Shown: positions 9,653-17,712 of the stretch, in pieces
Position numbering within the stretch: position 1 is the stretch's first letter
How the letters are laid out: each line of letters starts with the position of its first letter
NCBI GenBank assembly: GCA_021810905.1
Contig: JAJZQH010000003.1
Span: 1,897 to 65,896 of the forward strand
Length of the DNA stretch: 64,000 nucleotides
DNA from: a bacterium
GTDB lineage: Bacteria; UBA10199; 2-02-FULL-44-16; JAAZCA01
Direction: 5' to 3'
Position numbers and translations under genes: made by a program
The notes under the pieces: model-generated
Databases searched by the model: none
What the model saw: the letters and a program-made list of their open reading frames with translations, nothing else
What the model was told of the DNA's origin: nothing

Positions 9653-10675
9653 TCAGCATAGTCTCGGAAGTTCAGCCCCCTGCAGCAACTGGACGATTTT
9701 TTCCTCCCCGCCTTCGCCGCACATCACGACGTGGCAATCATCACATTCTAACACTTTACCGATGACCGATGCGTGTTCCCCATATCGATGCCGACGGAGC
9801 GTTTCGACAATCCCCTTGCTCGCTCCGGAGGAAGCGAAGATGCAGACATTCCCTTCATTGGCGAGGTAGAGAGGATTTACGCCCAGCATGTCCGCGGCCA
9901 TAACGGTCTCATGCAGGATGGGAAGCCGCACCTGTTCGATGCGCACGCCGAACCCCCCTAGCTGCGAGATCTCGTTTAAGAGCGTTCCCAACCCGCCACG
10001 CGTGATATCGCGCATGCAATGAATACGATTCCCAAACTCTTTCAGCACACCCGCAATCATATCGTTGAGTGGAGCGCAGTCGCTTTGAATCCGCCGTTCG
10101 AACCCCAACCCTTCACGAATTGAAAGTATATGGATGCTGTGATTGCCGAGCTGTCCGGAGATGATGACATCGTCGCCTGGCCGAATGGACGATATCGAAA
10201 GATGTATATCATTAGGCTGAAAAATACCGATGCCGGATGTGTTGATAAAAATCTTGTCGACCTCGCCGCGTTTGACGACCTTCGTATCCCCGGCAACGAT
10301 ATACACTTCCGCCTCCAGTGCCGCGTCACGGATGGAATGCAGGATCTGTTCGAAATCCGAAAGCGGGAAGCCCTCCTCCAGGACGAAGGCGAGCGTCAGG
10401 TACAGCGGCTTGGCGCCGCTAACAGCCAGGTCGTTCACCGTGCCGCAAACGGCGAGCTTACCAATATTCCCGCCGTGAAAAAAAATCGGATCCAGAACAA
10501 AAGAATCGGTGGTGATAGCAATGCGATCGGCCTTCCACTCGAGTACGGTGCTGTCCTCCATCTGGCCTCGGTGGGTCTCACCGAGGCATCGCACGATGAC
10601 ATCTCTGATGAGATCCCCACTCAACTTGCCACCGGTTCCGTGATCGAGCACAATGCGATCTGACAGATAATTCAT
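9653..10675 (-). CDS. hypE: HypE (carbamoyl dehydratase, PurM-like) with C-terminal PRLC
   Basis: ORF 9653..10693 (TTG-initiated in the track). Likely ATG at 10675 (MNYLSDRIVLDHGTGGK). AIR-synthase-related fold motifs. The protein ends ...GAELPRLC, matching the PR[IV]C terminal-cysteine motif of HypE. Confidence 0.88.
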   Translation of the reverse strand: MNYLSDRIVLDHGTGGKLSGDLIRDVIVRCLGETHRGQMEDSTVLEWKADRIAITTDSFVLDPIFFHGGNIGKLAVCGTVNDLAVSGAKPLYLTLAFVLEEGFPLSDFEQILHSIRDAALEAEVYIVAGDTKVVKRGEVDKIFINTSGIGIFQPNDIHLSISSIRPGDDVIISGQLGNHSIHILSIREGLGFERRIQSDCAPLNDMIAGVLKEFGNRIHCMRDITRGGLGTLLNEISQLGGFGVRIEQVRLPILHETVMAADMLGVNPLYLANEGNVCIFASSGASKGIVETLRRHRYGEHASVIGKVLECDDCHVVMCGEGGEEKIVQLLQGAELPRLC

Positions 10676-10700
10676 TTCCAAGCCGCCTATCAATAAAAGA

Positions 10701-10716
10701 GCAACGATGGTGCCAA
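10701..10716 (-). promoter_or_regulatory. Sigma-54 (-24/-12) promoter candidate for the hypE-hypF-rSAM-hydrolase-NRPS operon
   Basis: The minus strand reads TTGGCACCATCGTTGCT (TGGCAC-N5-TTGC). The -12 GC lies ~25 nt upstream of the hypE ATG at 10675. An A/T-rich tract lies further upstream (10800-10850). Confidence 0.6.
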
Positions 10717-10874
10717 ATTTCGCGAGTCACCGGCAAAGCCAGAGATTATACGGTCCGCACAAAATAAGCCCTTCGCAAACATAGTGAGCACAGTGTTACA
10801 CATGCAAAAAAAAAGCAAGGGCAATACAAATGAATTCATATCCCAAACCTTACAGGTCGAAAAGTTAACCGCGC

Positions 10875-10913
10875 TCAAAAATGAGAGAACGGGAGGGGAC
10901 GTCCCGTTCTCTC
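10875..10913 (-). terminator. Rho-independent terminator of the small gene 10935..11228
   Basis: Perfect 12-bp stem GAGAGAACGGGA (10883-10894) / TCCCGTTCTCTC (10902-10913) with a 7-nt loop. On the minus strand it is followed by ATTTTTGAG. Confidence 0.7.
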
Positions 10914-10934
10914 AGGTTGAACTGCTTCGAAAAC

Positions 10935-11228
10935 CTATGCCTCTTTAGGCGATCTGTGATAGCGATTCTTACGCTTGCCATCGCGTTGATTGAGCTCATG
11001 ATATATGAAAGTGGACAACGTCTTGATGACTCTCTCTTCCAGGGGGAGGAGATTCTCTCGCGCCAGCTCTCTCTTCCACCTCTTCGATATGCCGCGAAGA
11101 AAGAGGACGATGCGCTCCACCGTGCGGCCGTCCAGGTGTCCGATGCGGACGTCGGCCTTCTGAATCCTGTTATGGTCAAATCTCAGAGGCCTGAAATCAG
11201 CATTCAAGCGCTTCAAGAACGCCTGCAT
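10935..11228 (-). CDS. Small basic hypothetical protein (97 aa)
   Basis: ORF 10935..11228, followed by its own terminator hairpin. No family recognised. An overlapping plus-strand ORF (10881..11237) looks less coding-like. Confidence 0.4.
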   Translation of the reverse strand: MQAFLKRLNADFRPLRFDHNRIQKADVRIGHLDGRTVERIVLFLRGISKRWKRELARENLLPLEERVIKTLSTFIYHELNQRDGKRKNRYHRSPKEA

Positions 11229-11300
11229 GAGTCCTGATGCCTTATTCCTCCTGGTCTCATCTTTCGGTAGATGGAAATCGTCCAGGGGCTCGTCTTTCTT

Positions 11301-11939
11301 CTATCGGAAATAGGATGCGATCAACGAGGCTGCGATGAAGGCCATGATGCACCCGATGATGATATCCAGCCACCTCCATACGACGGCTCTCTTCAAGATG
11401 GAAGAGAGAAGGTGCGAGAAGAGCGCCAACGCGGAAAACCAGAGGAGTTCCGCCAGAAAAATGCCGAGGAGAAAGAAGGGCCTTTGAGGGAGAGATAATT
11501 GCCCGCCGACGCTGCCGATCAGGACGATGTTGTCCAACAGCGCATGCGGATTTAACCAGGAGAAGGCGAGAGTCGAGGCGACGATCTTTCCCAACGTAGG
11601 ACCGTTCGGCATGCCTCCGTTTGCGTTGAGGACTTTCGGTCTGATCGCCGACTTGAAGGAGAGGAATCCGTAATACAGGAGAAACAGGGCTCCTCCCCAA
11701 AGGGCGACGTTTTTCACCGTGGGCGAACGGGAAATGAAGAACCCCACGCCGTAGACCCCGGCCACGGCGAGGGAGACGTTCAGGATGATCGAGAGGGCGG
11801 CGATCGTCAGGACGTGTTGACGTTGCAGCCCCTGCCGCAGGACGAACGCATTCTGCGCGCCGATGGCAACGATGAGGCCGAGATTGAGGGCCAGTCCCTG
11901 GGAGAGAGGAGTGAGCGAGCAATCCATCAAGTTCATCAT
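11301..11939 (-). CDS. LysE/ArgO-family basic amino-acid exporter
   Basis: ORF 11301..11939. Aligns by eye with ArgO: GAQNAFVLRQG, WGGALFLLYYGF..FK, WLNPHALLDNIVLIGSVGGQL. Six hydrophobic segments. Confidence 0.85.
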   Translation of the reverse strand: MMNLMDCSLTPLSQGLALNLGLIVAIGAQNAFVLRQGLQRQHVLTIAALSIILNVSLAVAGVYGVGFFISRSPTVKNVALWGGALFLLYYGFLSFKSAIRPKVLNANGGMPNGPTLGKIVASTLAFSWLNPHALLDNIVLIGSVGGQLSLPQRPFFLLGIFLAELLWFSALALFSHLLSSILKRAVVWRWLDIIIGCIMAFIAASLIASYFR

Positions 11940-11996
11940 AAGCGTATTTTCGAATTTTTCAATATCCGTTCCTTATGGTTCTACTACAATGAATCC

Positions 11997-12783
11997 ATGA
12001 GATACCTCTACGTGATTCTTCTGTTCGCTTTTCTGGTGGCTCCGCTCGCGTCCTGCGGTTCGAGTACGACAACGGTTTTTGATTTGAGAATGGCGCAGAC
12101 GCTGCAGCAATCGCTGGATCGCTCGGTGAGCGAGCTCAACATCCCGGGCGCGGTCATGGCGGTACGCGCGCCCGACGGGTCGATCTGGTCCGGCGCCAGC
12201 GGCTACGCAACGCTCCCCAACTCTGCTCAACCTTCCGGCGTGCGCATGACGACCGACATGCACCTGCGCATTGCCAGCATGATCAAGTCTTTCACTGCCA
12301 CGATGATCCTCCAGCTCGTGGACGAGGGGAAGCTCACGCTCGACGAGACGCTGGATCAGGTCATGGCGCAGTGGTTCGCGCCCGGCGTCATCGACTTCGC
12401 GATACCCTACAGCGACGCCATCACGATCAGGCACCTGCTCGAGATGCGCAGCGGCATGCCGAATTATTCCAATACGCCGGCCTTCTTAGCCCTGCTCGCG
12501 CAGCAGCCGCCGCAGCCGGTGGAAGCGAAGGAGCTCATCCGCATGAGCGTGCAGAGCGCCAATCCTGCTCCATATCCGCCGGACACTCGTATGGAATACT
12601 GCAACACCAACTACATCGTGCTCGGGATGATCGTCGAACAGGTCACGGGCAACCCCTACGCCGTTGAATGGCATCGTCGTCATCACCAACGGCGAACGGG
12701 GCGCACATCCAGAAGCCGGCCGTCACCCCGCACGCTCGATCTTCTGGAACGCGGTCCGGGACGCGGGCATTTATTTGCCATGA
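11997..12783 (+). pseudogene. Serine hydrolase / beta-lactamase-family lipoprotein with internal deletion and frameshift
   Basis: ATG 11997 (MRYLYVILLFAFLVAPLASCGS, lipobox). SxxK (SMIK) and YxN-type (YCNTNY) motifs are present. Homology stops after VTGNPYA near 12660. A family-typical C-terminus (LNGIVVITNGERG...RDAGIYLP*) resumes in another frame and ends at TGA 12781-12783. The KTG-box region in between is missing. Confidence 0.55.
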
Positions 12784-13805
12784 GAGCGCATGCGCCTGCT
12801 CAGCATTTTGAGCGAGCGCTTCAATTCGTCGCTGATCTCAACCGGATGAAGACCTGCTTCATTCCCGGATAGAGCACCTTGGAGGGCGAGAGCTTCATGC
12901 GCGCGCTGCCCGCGTAATCAACGAGCTTATATGCCATGTCCAGATGCGGGGCATCCGCGGACGTTGAAAACTTCGTGCCCACTCCGAATCCGTCGATCGG
13001 CGCGCCGCGGTCGAGCAATCTTTTGATCTCATATTCGTCGAGGCTGCTGGAGGCGAAGATCTTCACGTTTCTGAGGCCAGCGGCGTCAAGCCGTTCCCTC
13101 GCCGCCTTGGAGAGCGAGAGCAGATTGCCGGAGTCGAGCCGGATGGCATTGATGCGGAAACGTCGTCCGAGCCTTCGGCTCAGTTCGACCACCTTTTCCA
13201 CGCCGCCAATTGTGTCGTAGGTATCGACCAGGATCGTAGAGCCTGGATAGAGACGCGCGAATCGCTCAAAGGCTTCCAGTTCATCGTCGTGCGCCTGGAT
13301 GTAGCTGTGAGCCATGGTCCCGAAGAGCGGAATGCCGAAGATTTTTGACGCGAGCACGTTCGATGTACCGGCGAAACCAGCGAGATAGCCGCTCCTGGCG
13401 GCAAGCAACCCCGCCTCAATTCCGTGCGCGCGCCTCGATCCGAAATCTACGACCGCTCTGCCCAAAGCCGCGCGGACGATGCGCGAGGCCTTTGTGGCGA
13501 TCGCGCTCTGAAAATGGATCTGGTTATGGTGGCGCCGAGGATGAGATGGACCTCAAATCCTTCGCGCAGGCCGTCGAGAACGGTCTCGAATACGCAGACC
13601 TCGAGCACCAGCCCGCAGACCCATAGCCGAGCGACGCCAGCCTTGCGCAGATCAGCGGCGAGAGGGCATCACGTAAAAGCGGAATATTCCTCAATATCGC
13701 TCGCAGCGGCCTTGAGGAGGATCGTGGCGTCGTCAGGGAGATCGACGATGATGAGCGCGTCCGATGTGGCGTGAGTTCTGGAATGAGCCGAGTCATAAAG
13801 TTCAA
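12771..13805 (-). pseudogene. pncB: Nicotinate phosphoribosyltransferase, decayed (frameshifts/deletions at both ends)
   Basis: ORF 12821..13465 encodes the intact core (IATKASRIVRAA-LGRAVVDFGSRRAHG...GTMAHSYIQ...LVDTYDT...GFGVGT...PGMKQVF). The upstream part is broken by a stop at ~13551 and by frame changes. A C-terminal-like peptide PVEISDELKRSLKMLSRRMRSHGK* sits in a different frame and ends at TAA 12771-12773. Confidence 0.6.
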
Positions 13806-13809
13806 TCAA

Positions 13810-14535
13810 TCACCTTGGCGTGAACTGCGAAAGATCGTAGATGCCGAGGCGCTTTTCGATCTCCACTACACGCCCCACTATCCTTTCAAAACCGTTCTCG
13901 CCAAAGAGCGCGTGTTCTTTGTCTTCGAATGCATCGCCCATCTGTTCGTATTCCTCTGCAGTTACTATCGTGCGCAGCGCTGGGAAGAGCACGGTGTCCT
14001 CGCGCGCCTCATGCGGACCATACATACGGATGAACTGATCGAGGGCCTGGGCCAAGGCGCGGCGATCTTGCGGCGCCTTCATCGCACGCGCGTCGGAAAG
14101 CTTGAGGGCAATGTCGGTAAGCTTGCGCCCGGCGCGATGCTGCGCGATCAACACGCCGACGAGATCCACGAGCTTGCCGGCCTTCAGAAATCGAGGGAAG
14201 AGGTGCTCTTCCTCTAGTCTCTCATGATAATCCTCTATGAATGAACGAATGATACCCGCGGCATCAGCGACTGCCGTGGGTTGAAGCTCCTCTCCGGCAT
14301 TGATACGGCGGATCGCCTCTCCGTAGATGAGCAGGATGCGCTTGAGCACTCCATGCTCCCTCATGAGATCCTCAGCCGGCGAGATTTCCTGCAAAGCGTT
14401 CGGACACGGCGATTGCTTCTGCTGGCCCGCCAGTTGCCGTGGCGACGCCGCGCAGACGGCCACTAGAAACGTTGCGCACATCGCCACTGCGGCCTGCACA
14501 AAGATCTTCCGACGTATTTTTTTCAGTCCGCGCAT
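13810..14535 (-). CDS. Secreted hemerythrin-like (HHE cation-binding) domain protein
   Basis: ORF 13810..14535. N-terminal signal-like segment. Repeated H/E-rich helices (LMREHGVLKRIL, EDYHERLEEEHLFP, HEAREDTVLFP). Confidence 0.7.
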   Translation of the reverse strand: MRGLKKIRRKIFVQAAVAMCATFLVAVCAASPRQLAGQQKQSPCPNALQEISPAEDLMREHGVLKRILLIYGEAIRRINAGEELQPTAVADAAGIIRSFIEDYHERLEEEHLFPRFLKAGKLVDLVGVLIAQHRAGRKLTDIALKLSDARAMKAPQDRRALAQALDQFIRMYGPHEAREDTVLFPALRTIVTAEEYEQMGDAFEDKEHALFGENGFERIVGRVVEIEKRLGIYDLSQFTPR

Positions 14536-14671
14536 GGGATCGCTCCTTGCGAATGCTGATTATGACATGGCAATAATGAAAAATACCAGCTACATTTGTG
14601 AATCAACAAAAAACGATTGCACAGCTGCGCCGCGAGCGGCTAGTGCTGAACGCTCAAGAGGAGCAACATCC

Positions 14672-15838
14672 ATGGTCAAACTCGGCATTGAGAAACTCAT
14701 CGAAGATCCATCCATTCTCAAAGGGAAACGCACGGGGCTCGTGGGCAGCGCCACCAGCGTTGATCGCAATTTTCGATCCGCGGTCGATTTGCTCCACGAC
14801 CATCCCGGCGTCCGGCTCACGACTATCTTCGGCTGTCAGCAGGGATTCTGGGGCGAGACTCAGGACAACATGATCGAGTGGGAATCGTGCAGATATCCAA
14901 TCCACGATCTGCCGCTCTACAGCCTCTACGGCAAGGAGCGCAAGCCGACCGCGAAGATGCTCAAGGACGTGGACGCGCTGGTCTTTGACATCCAGGACGT
15001 GGGCACGAGGATCTACACCTTCATTTGGACGATGGCCAATTGCATGCAGGCATGCGCAGATCTCGGCAAGGAATTCGTCGTCTGCGACAGGCCGAATCCG
15101 ATAAACGGTGTTGCCGTGGAGGGCAACGTCTCGCAGGAGGAATTCGCATCGTTCGTAGCATTATACGCGCTGCCGCTGCGGCACGGGATGACCGTGGGCG
15201 AAATAGCGGAATACGTGAATGGAGAATTCAAGCCGGGCTGCAGGCTCACTGTTATGAAGATGGAAGGATGGAGGAGGGAACAGTGGCTCGATGAGACCGA
15301 CGCGCCGTGGGTAATTCCATCCGCGAACATGCCTACGCTTGAAACCGCGGTCGTTTATCCGGGCACGGTGATCTTCGAAGGGACGAATATCTCGGAGGGC
15401 CGCGGAACGACGAGGCCGTTCGAGTTCGTGGGCGCGCCGTTCATCGACGGATTCAAGCTCGCGGCAATGCTTGAAGGATACAAACTTTCCGGCGTGTTCT
15501 TCAGGCCGTGCTTCTTTTTGCCGACGTTCAGCAAATTCGCCGGTCAAAACTGCGGCGGCGTTCAGCTCCATGTTACCGACCGCGGCGCGTTCCTGCCCGT
15601 CAAGACGGCCCTCGCAATACTCAAGACGATCATGGACCTCTATCCCGGCGAATTCGCGTGGAAGGAGCCTCCTTACGAATACACGTTCGACAAATTGCCC
15701 ATCGACATGATCTTCGGCTGCGATTGGATTAGAAAAGAACTGGAGAAAAAAGCCAGCGTTGAAACCATCCTCGACAGGGCGGAGATAGAGCTGAAAGACT
15801 TCATGCCGCGTAGAGAAAAATATCTGCTGTATCGATGA
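14672..15838 (+). CDS. namZ: DUF1343 / exo-beta-N-acetylmuramidase NamZ-like protein
   Basis: ORF 14327..15838 trimmed to ATG 14672 (MVKLGIEKL) behind AAGAGGAG. Hallmark FDIQDVGTRIYTFIWTM and NISEGRGTTRPFE. Confidence 0.8.
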   Translation: MVKLGIEKLIEDPSILKGKRTGLVGSATSVDRNFRSAVDLLHDHPGVRLTTIFGCQQGFWGETQDNMIEWESCRYPIHDLPLYSLYGKERKPTAKMLKDVDALVFDIQDVGTRIYTFIWTMANCMQACADLGKEFVVCDRPNPINGVAVEGNVSQEEFASFVALYALPLRHGMTVGEIAEYVNGEFKPGCRLTVMKMEGWRREQWLDETDAPWVIPSANMPTLETAVVYPGTVIFEGTNISEGRGTTRPFEFVGAPFIDGFKLAAMLEGYKLSGVFFRPCFFLPTFSKFAGQNCGGVQLHVTDRGAFLPVKTALAILKTIMDLYPGEFAWKEPPYEYTFDKLPIDMIFGCDWIRKELEKKASVETILDRAEIELKDFMPRREKYLLYR

Positions 15839-15874
15839 GGAACAACCTGCTCATCCCTGTTTCTAGATCAAATG

Positions 15875-15903
15875 AAAAGGGCCGCGATCTGCGGCCCTTT
15901 TCT
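15875..15903. terminator. Bidirectional rho-independent terminator between convergent namZ and FKBP genes
   Basis: AAAA-GGGCCGC (15879-15885), loop GATCT, GCGGCCC (15891-15897), then TTTT. Confidence 0.8.
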
Positions 15904-15929
15904 ATCGCGATTCAGTTCTCGCGCTGAAT

Positions 15930-16340
15930 TTATTTCACGTCCAGTAACTCCACCTCGAAGATCAGATTCGCATTCGGCGGTATGGCGGAACCTGCGCCGC
16001 GCGCGCCATAGCCGAGGTTAGCGGGTATCATGAGCGTGCGCTTTCCGCCCACCTTCATTCCGGCAACGCCCTCATCCCAGCCCTTGATCACCATGCCCGC
16101 GCCGAGTGAAAATGAAAACGGCTTGCCATGATCGAGGGAACTGTCGAACTTCTTGCCCTTCTTGCCGTTCTCGTCGAGCCAGCCGGTGTAGTTGACGAAG
16201 ACTGTCTTTCCGGCCGTGGCCACGGTACCCGTGCCCACCTTCACGTCCTCATAAGAGAGGCCGCTCTTGGTCTTCGTGACGCCCGCAAAGCAGACTGCCG
16301 AGATCGCCATCAACGCCACCGTCATCATCGCGATTTTCAT
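15930..16340 (-). CDS. FKBP-type peptidyl-prolyl cis-trans isomerase, secreted
   Basis: ORF 15930..16379. Start moved to ATG 16340 (MKIAMMTVALMAI) behind AAGGGGGA. FKBP core VNYTGWL..G..FDSS...PFSFSLG.G.VIKGWDEG..GMKVGGKR.L.IP..LGYG. Confidence 0.88.
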   Translation of the reverse strand: MKIAMMTVALMAISAVCFAGVTKTKSGLSYEDVKVGTGTVATAGKTVFVNYTGWLDENGKKGKKFDSSLDHGKPFSFSLGAGMVIKGWDEGVAGMKVGGKRTLMIPANLGYGARGAGSAIPPNANLIFEVELLDVK

Positions 16341-16385
16341 TTGTCCCCCTTTTCTCAAGTTAAAGGAATTCATCATCACAGAGAG

Positions 16386-17618
16386 TCAGCATCCGACCGG
16401 ACATCCGCATACTCCCGGCACGCTCGTGCCTGGCACACTCGTGTCGGGCGGGCATTGCGAATTCGAGGTACAGACCCCGCCAGTGTCGCAGTAGCAGGTA
16501 CAGTCTGTTCCGCCGGTGTTGCCTCCTGTATTGCCGCCGCCCGTGTTTCCGCCTCCACTGCCCGTGGATGCGGGGCATGCCCCCCAGGTGCAACCTGTAC
16601 CGCACTGTTTTGTGCCATCAGGATAGCAGGGCATGTACGAGCCCGGCGTGCACTGATAATCGTTCGGGCACGTGGGAAGTATTGCACCAGGACTGACGAC
16701 GCCGCTCTGTTGTAACGAGCCTGGTGAGATGTAAGTGTTTGCCATAGTGACGAGCCCGCTGCCGTCGTTCATGACCTGGACGGCGCTGTCGAGCGTGTTG
16801 CTGGATACATCAAGCGCCGCGCTCACGCAGGACCCCGCATCTCCGAGCGTGCATTTAAAGACGTCGACTCCCGTAAGAATGCTTCCGGCGTCCCCGAGAT
16901 TTTCGAGCCACGTCTCGTCGCCCATCACCACAGTTGCAGTCGTCACGATGACGCCGGCGCACGGAAGCGCCATTGCGCCGAGGGAGACTGTCGTGGCTAC
17001 ACCGCAGGCGCCTACGGAAATGCCCAGCCCCGCAAACTTGAGCAGCTCCGCGAGGTTTTTGACGTCGGAGTCGCAGGCCGGGAAGCAGGTCGACTTGGTT
17101 GAAGCCGAACTGCTGCTGACGGCACTGGCGCCACCGGCGCCGGTAATTAAGTTCGAGGCTTCCGCGGGAACGCTAACCCTCCTGAACACTTCTACGTAAT
17201 CTGTCGGAACGTAGATCTTCGCGATATCGACCGTCCCCGCGCTCAGGTCCCAGTTGGAGAAGAGAAGGATGAAGTCGCCCATGACCGTCCTGTAAGGCAG
17301 CCCGTCGGCGCCAAAGAAAACCGCCACATTGCCGCCCGTGGCGTTGGTCCAGAGTGCGCCCACAATCTTCTCGGTGGTTCCGCTGGAACCGGGAATCGCA
17401 TTGCTCACCAGCGGGAGGAGCATCTCGCCGTCTTTGTTCACCATAATCGCGCCGAGCGAATCTTTGCTCTGCATCACGGCCGCGACCTCGGGCGTATTTT
17501 CGTTGCTGCCGCTCGTACTCCCAGCGCTCCCGCTTCCGCTCGTTCCGCTGCCTACCGATATGCATGAAACGACAGACGGAAGAAAGCAGAGCATCATCAT
17601 AACCAGTATTTTTCTCAT
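16386..17618 (-). CDS. Cys-rich lipoprotein, unknown function (paralog of 52619..53983)
   Basis: ORF 16386..17618. Lipobox LPSVVSC and AGGAGGG RBS. Gly/Asn/Thr linker, then a Cys-dense C-terminus. It shares a near-identical 49-aa core with the 52619..53983 protein. Confidence 0.75.
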   Translation of the reverse strand: MRKILVMMMLCFLPSVVSCISVGSGTSGSGSAGSTSGSNENTPEVAAVMQSKDSLGAIMVNKDGEMLLPLVSNAIPGSSGTTEKIVGALWTNATGGNVAVFFGADGLPYRTVMGDFILLFSNWDLSAGTVDIAKIYVPTDYVEVFRRVSVPAEASNLITGAGGASAVSSSSASTKSTCFPACDSDVKNLAELLKFAGLGISVGACGVATTVSLGAMALPCAGVIVTTATVVMGDETWLENLGDAGSILTGVDVFKCTLGDAGSCVSAALDVSSNTLDSAVQVMNDGSGLVTMANTYISPGSLQQSGVVSPGAILPTCPNDYQCTPGSYMPCYPDGTKQCGTGCTWGACPASTGSGGGNTGGGNTGGNTGGTDCTCYCDTGGVCTSNSQCPPDTSVPGTSVPGVCGCPVGC

Positions 17619-17712
17619 AATCCCTCCTGCACGTTATGCGGCGCCAGATAGCTCATGTCGCAACCATTGTCTAGGTCTGCTTTCAACGGAATCGCAAAAA
17701 AAACGGCCCAAA

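Noticed and set aside
7291-10675. Reading hypF-hypE simply as a hydrogenase maturation locus
   Set aside because: Not adopted as the default because no hydrogenase or hypABCD genes are in the window and hypF is translationally coupled to a radical SAM gene. It remains the main alternative and depends on the rest of the genome (see finding 1).
11814-11996. N-terminal extensions offered by the ORF track (11814 for the hydrolase, 14327 for namZ, 45383 for pstS, 5206 for the ureohydrolase, 5895 for the cysteine hydrolase, 16379 for the FKBP)
   Set aside because: The extensions overlap upstream genes or regulatory sites and lack an RBS. Internal ATGs have strong Shine-Dalgarno sequences and give family-typical or signal-peptide N-termini.
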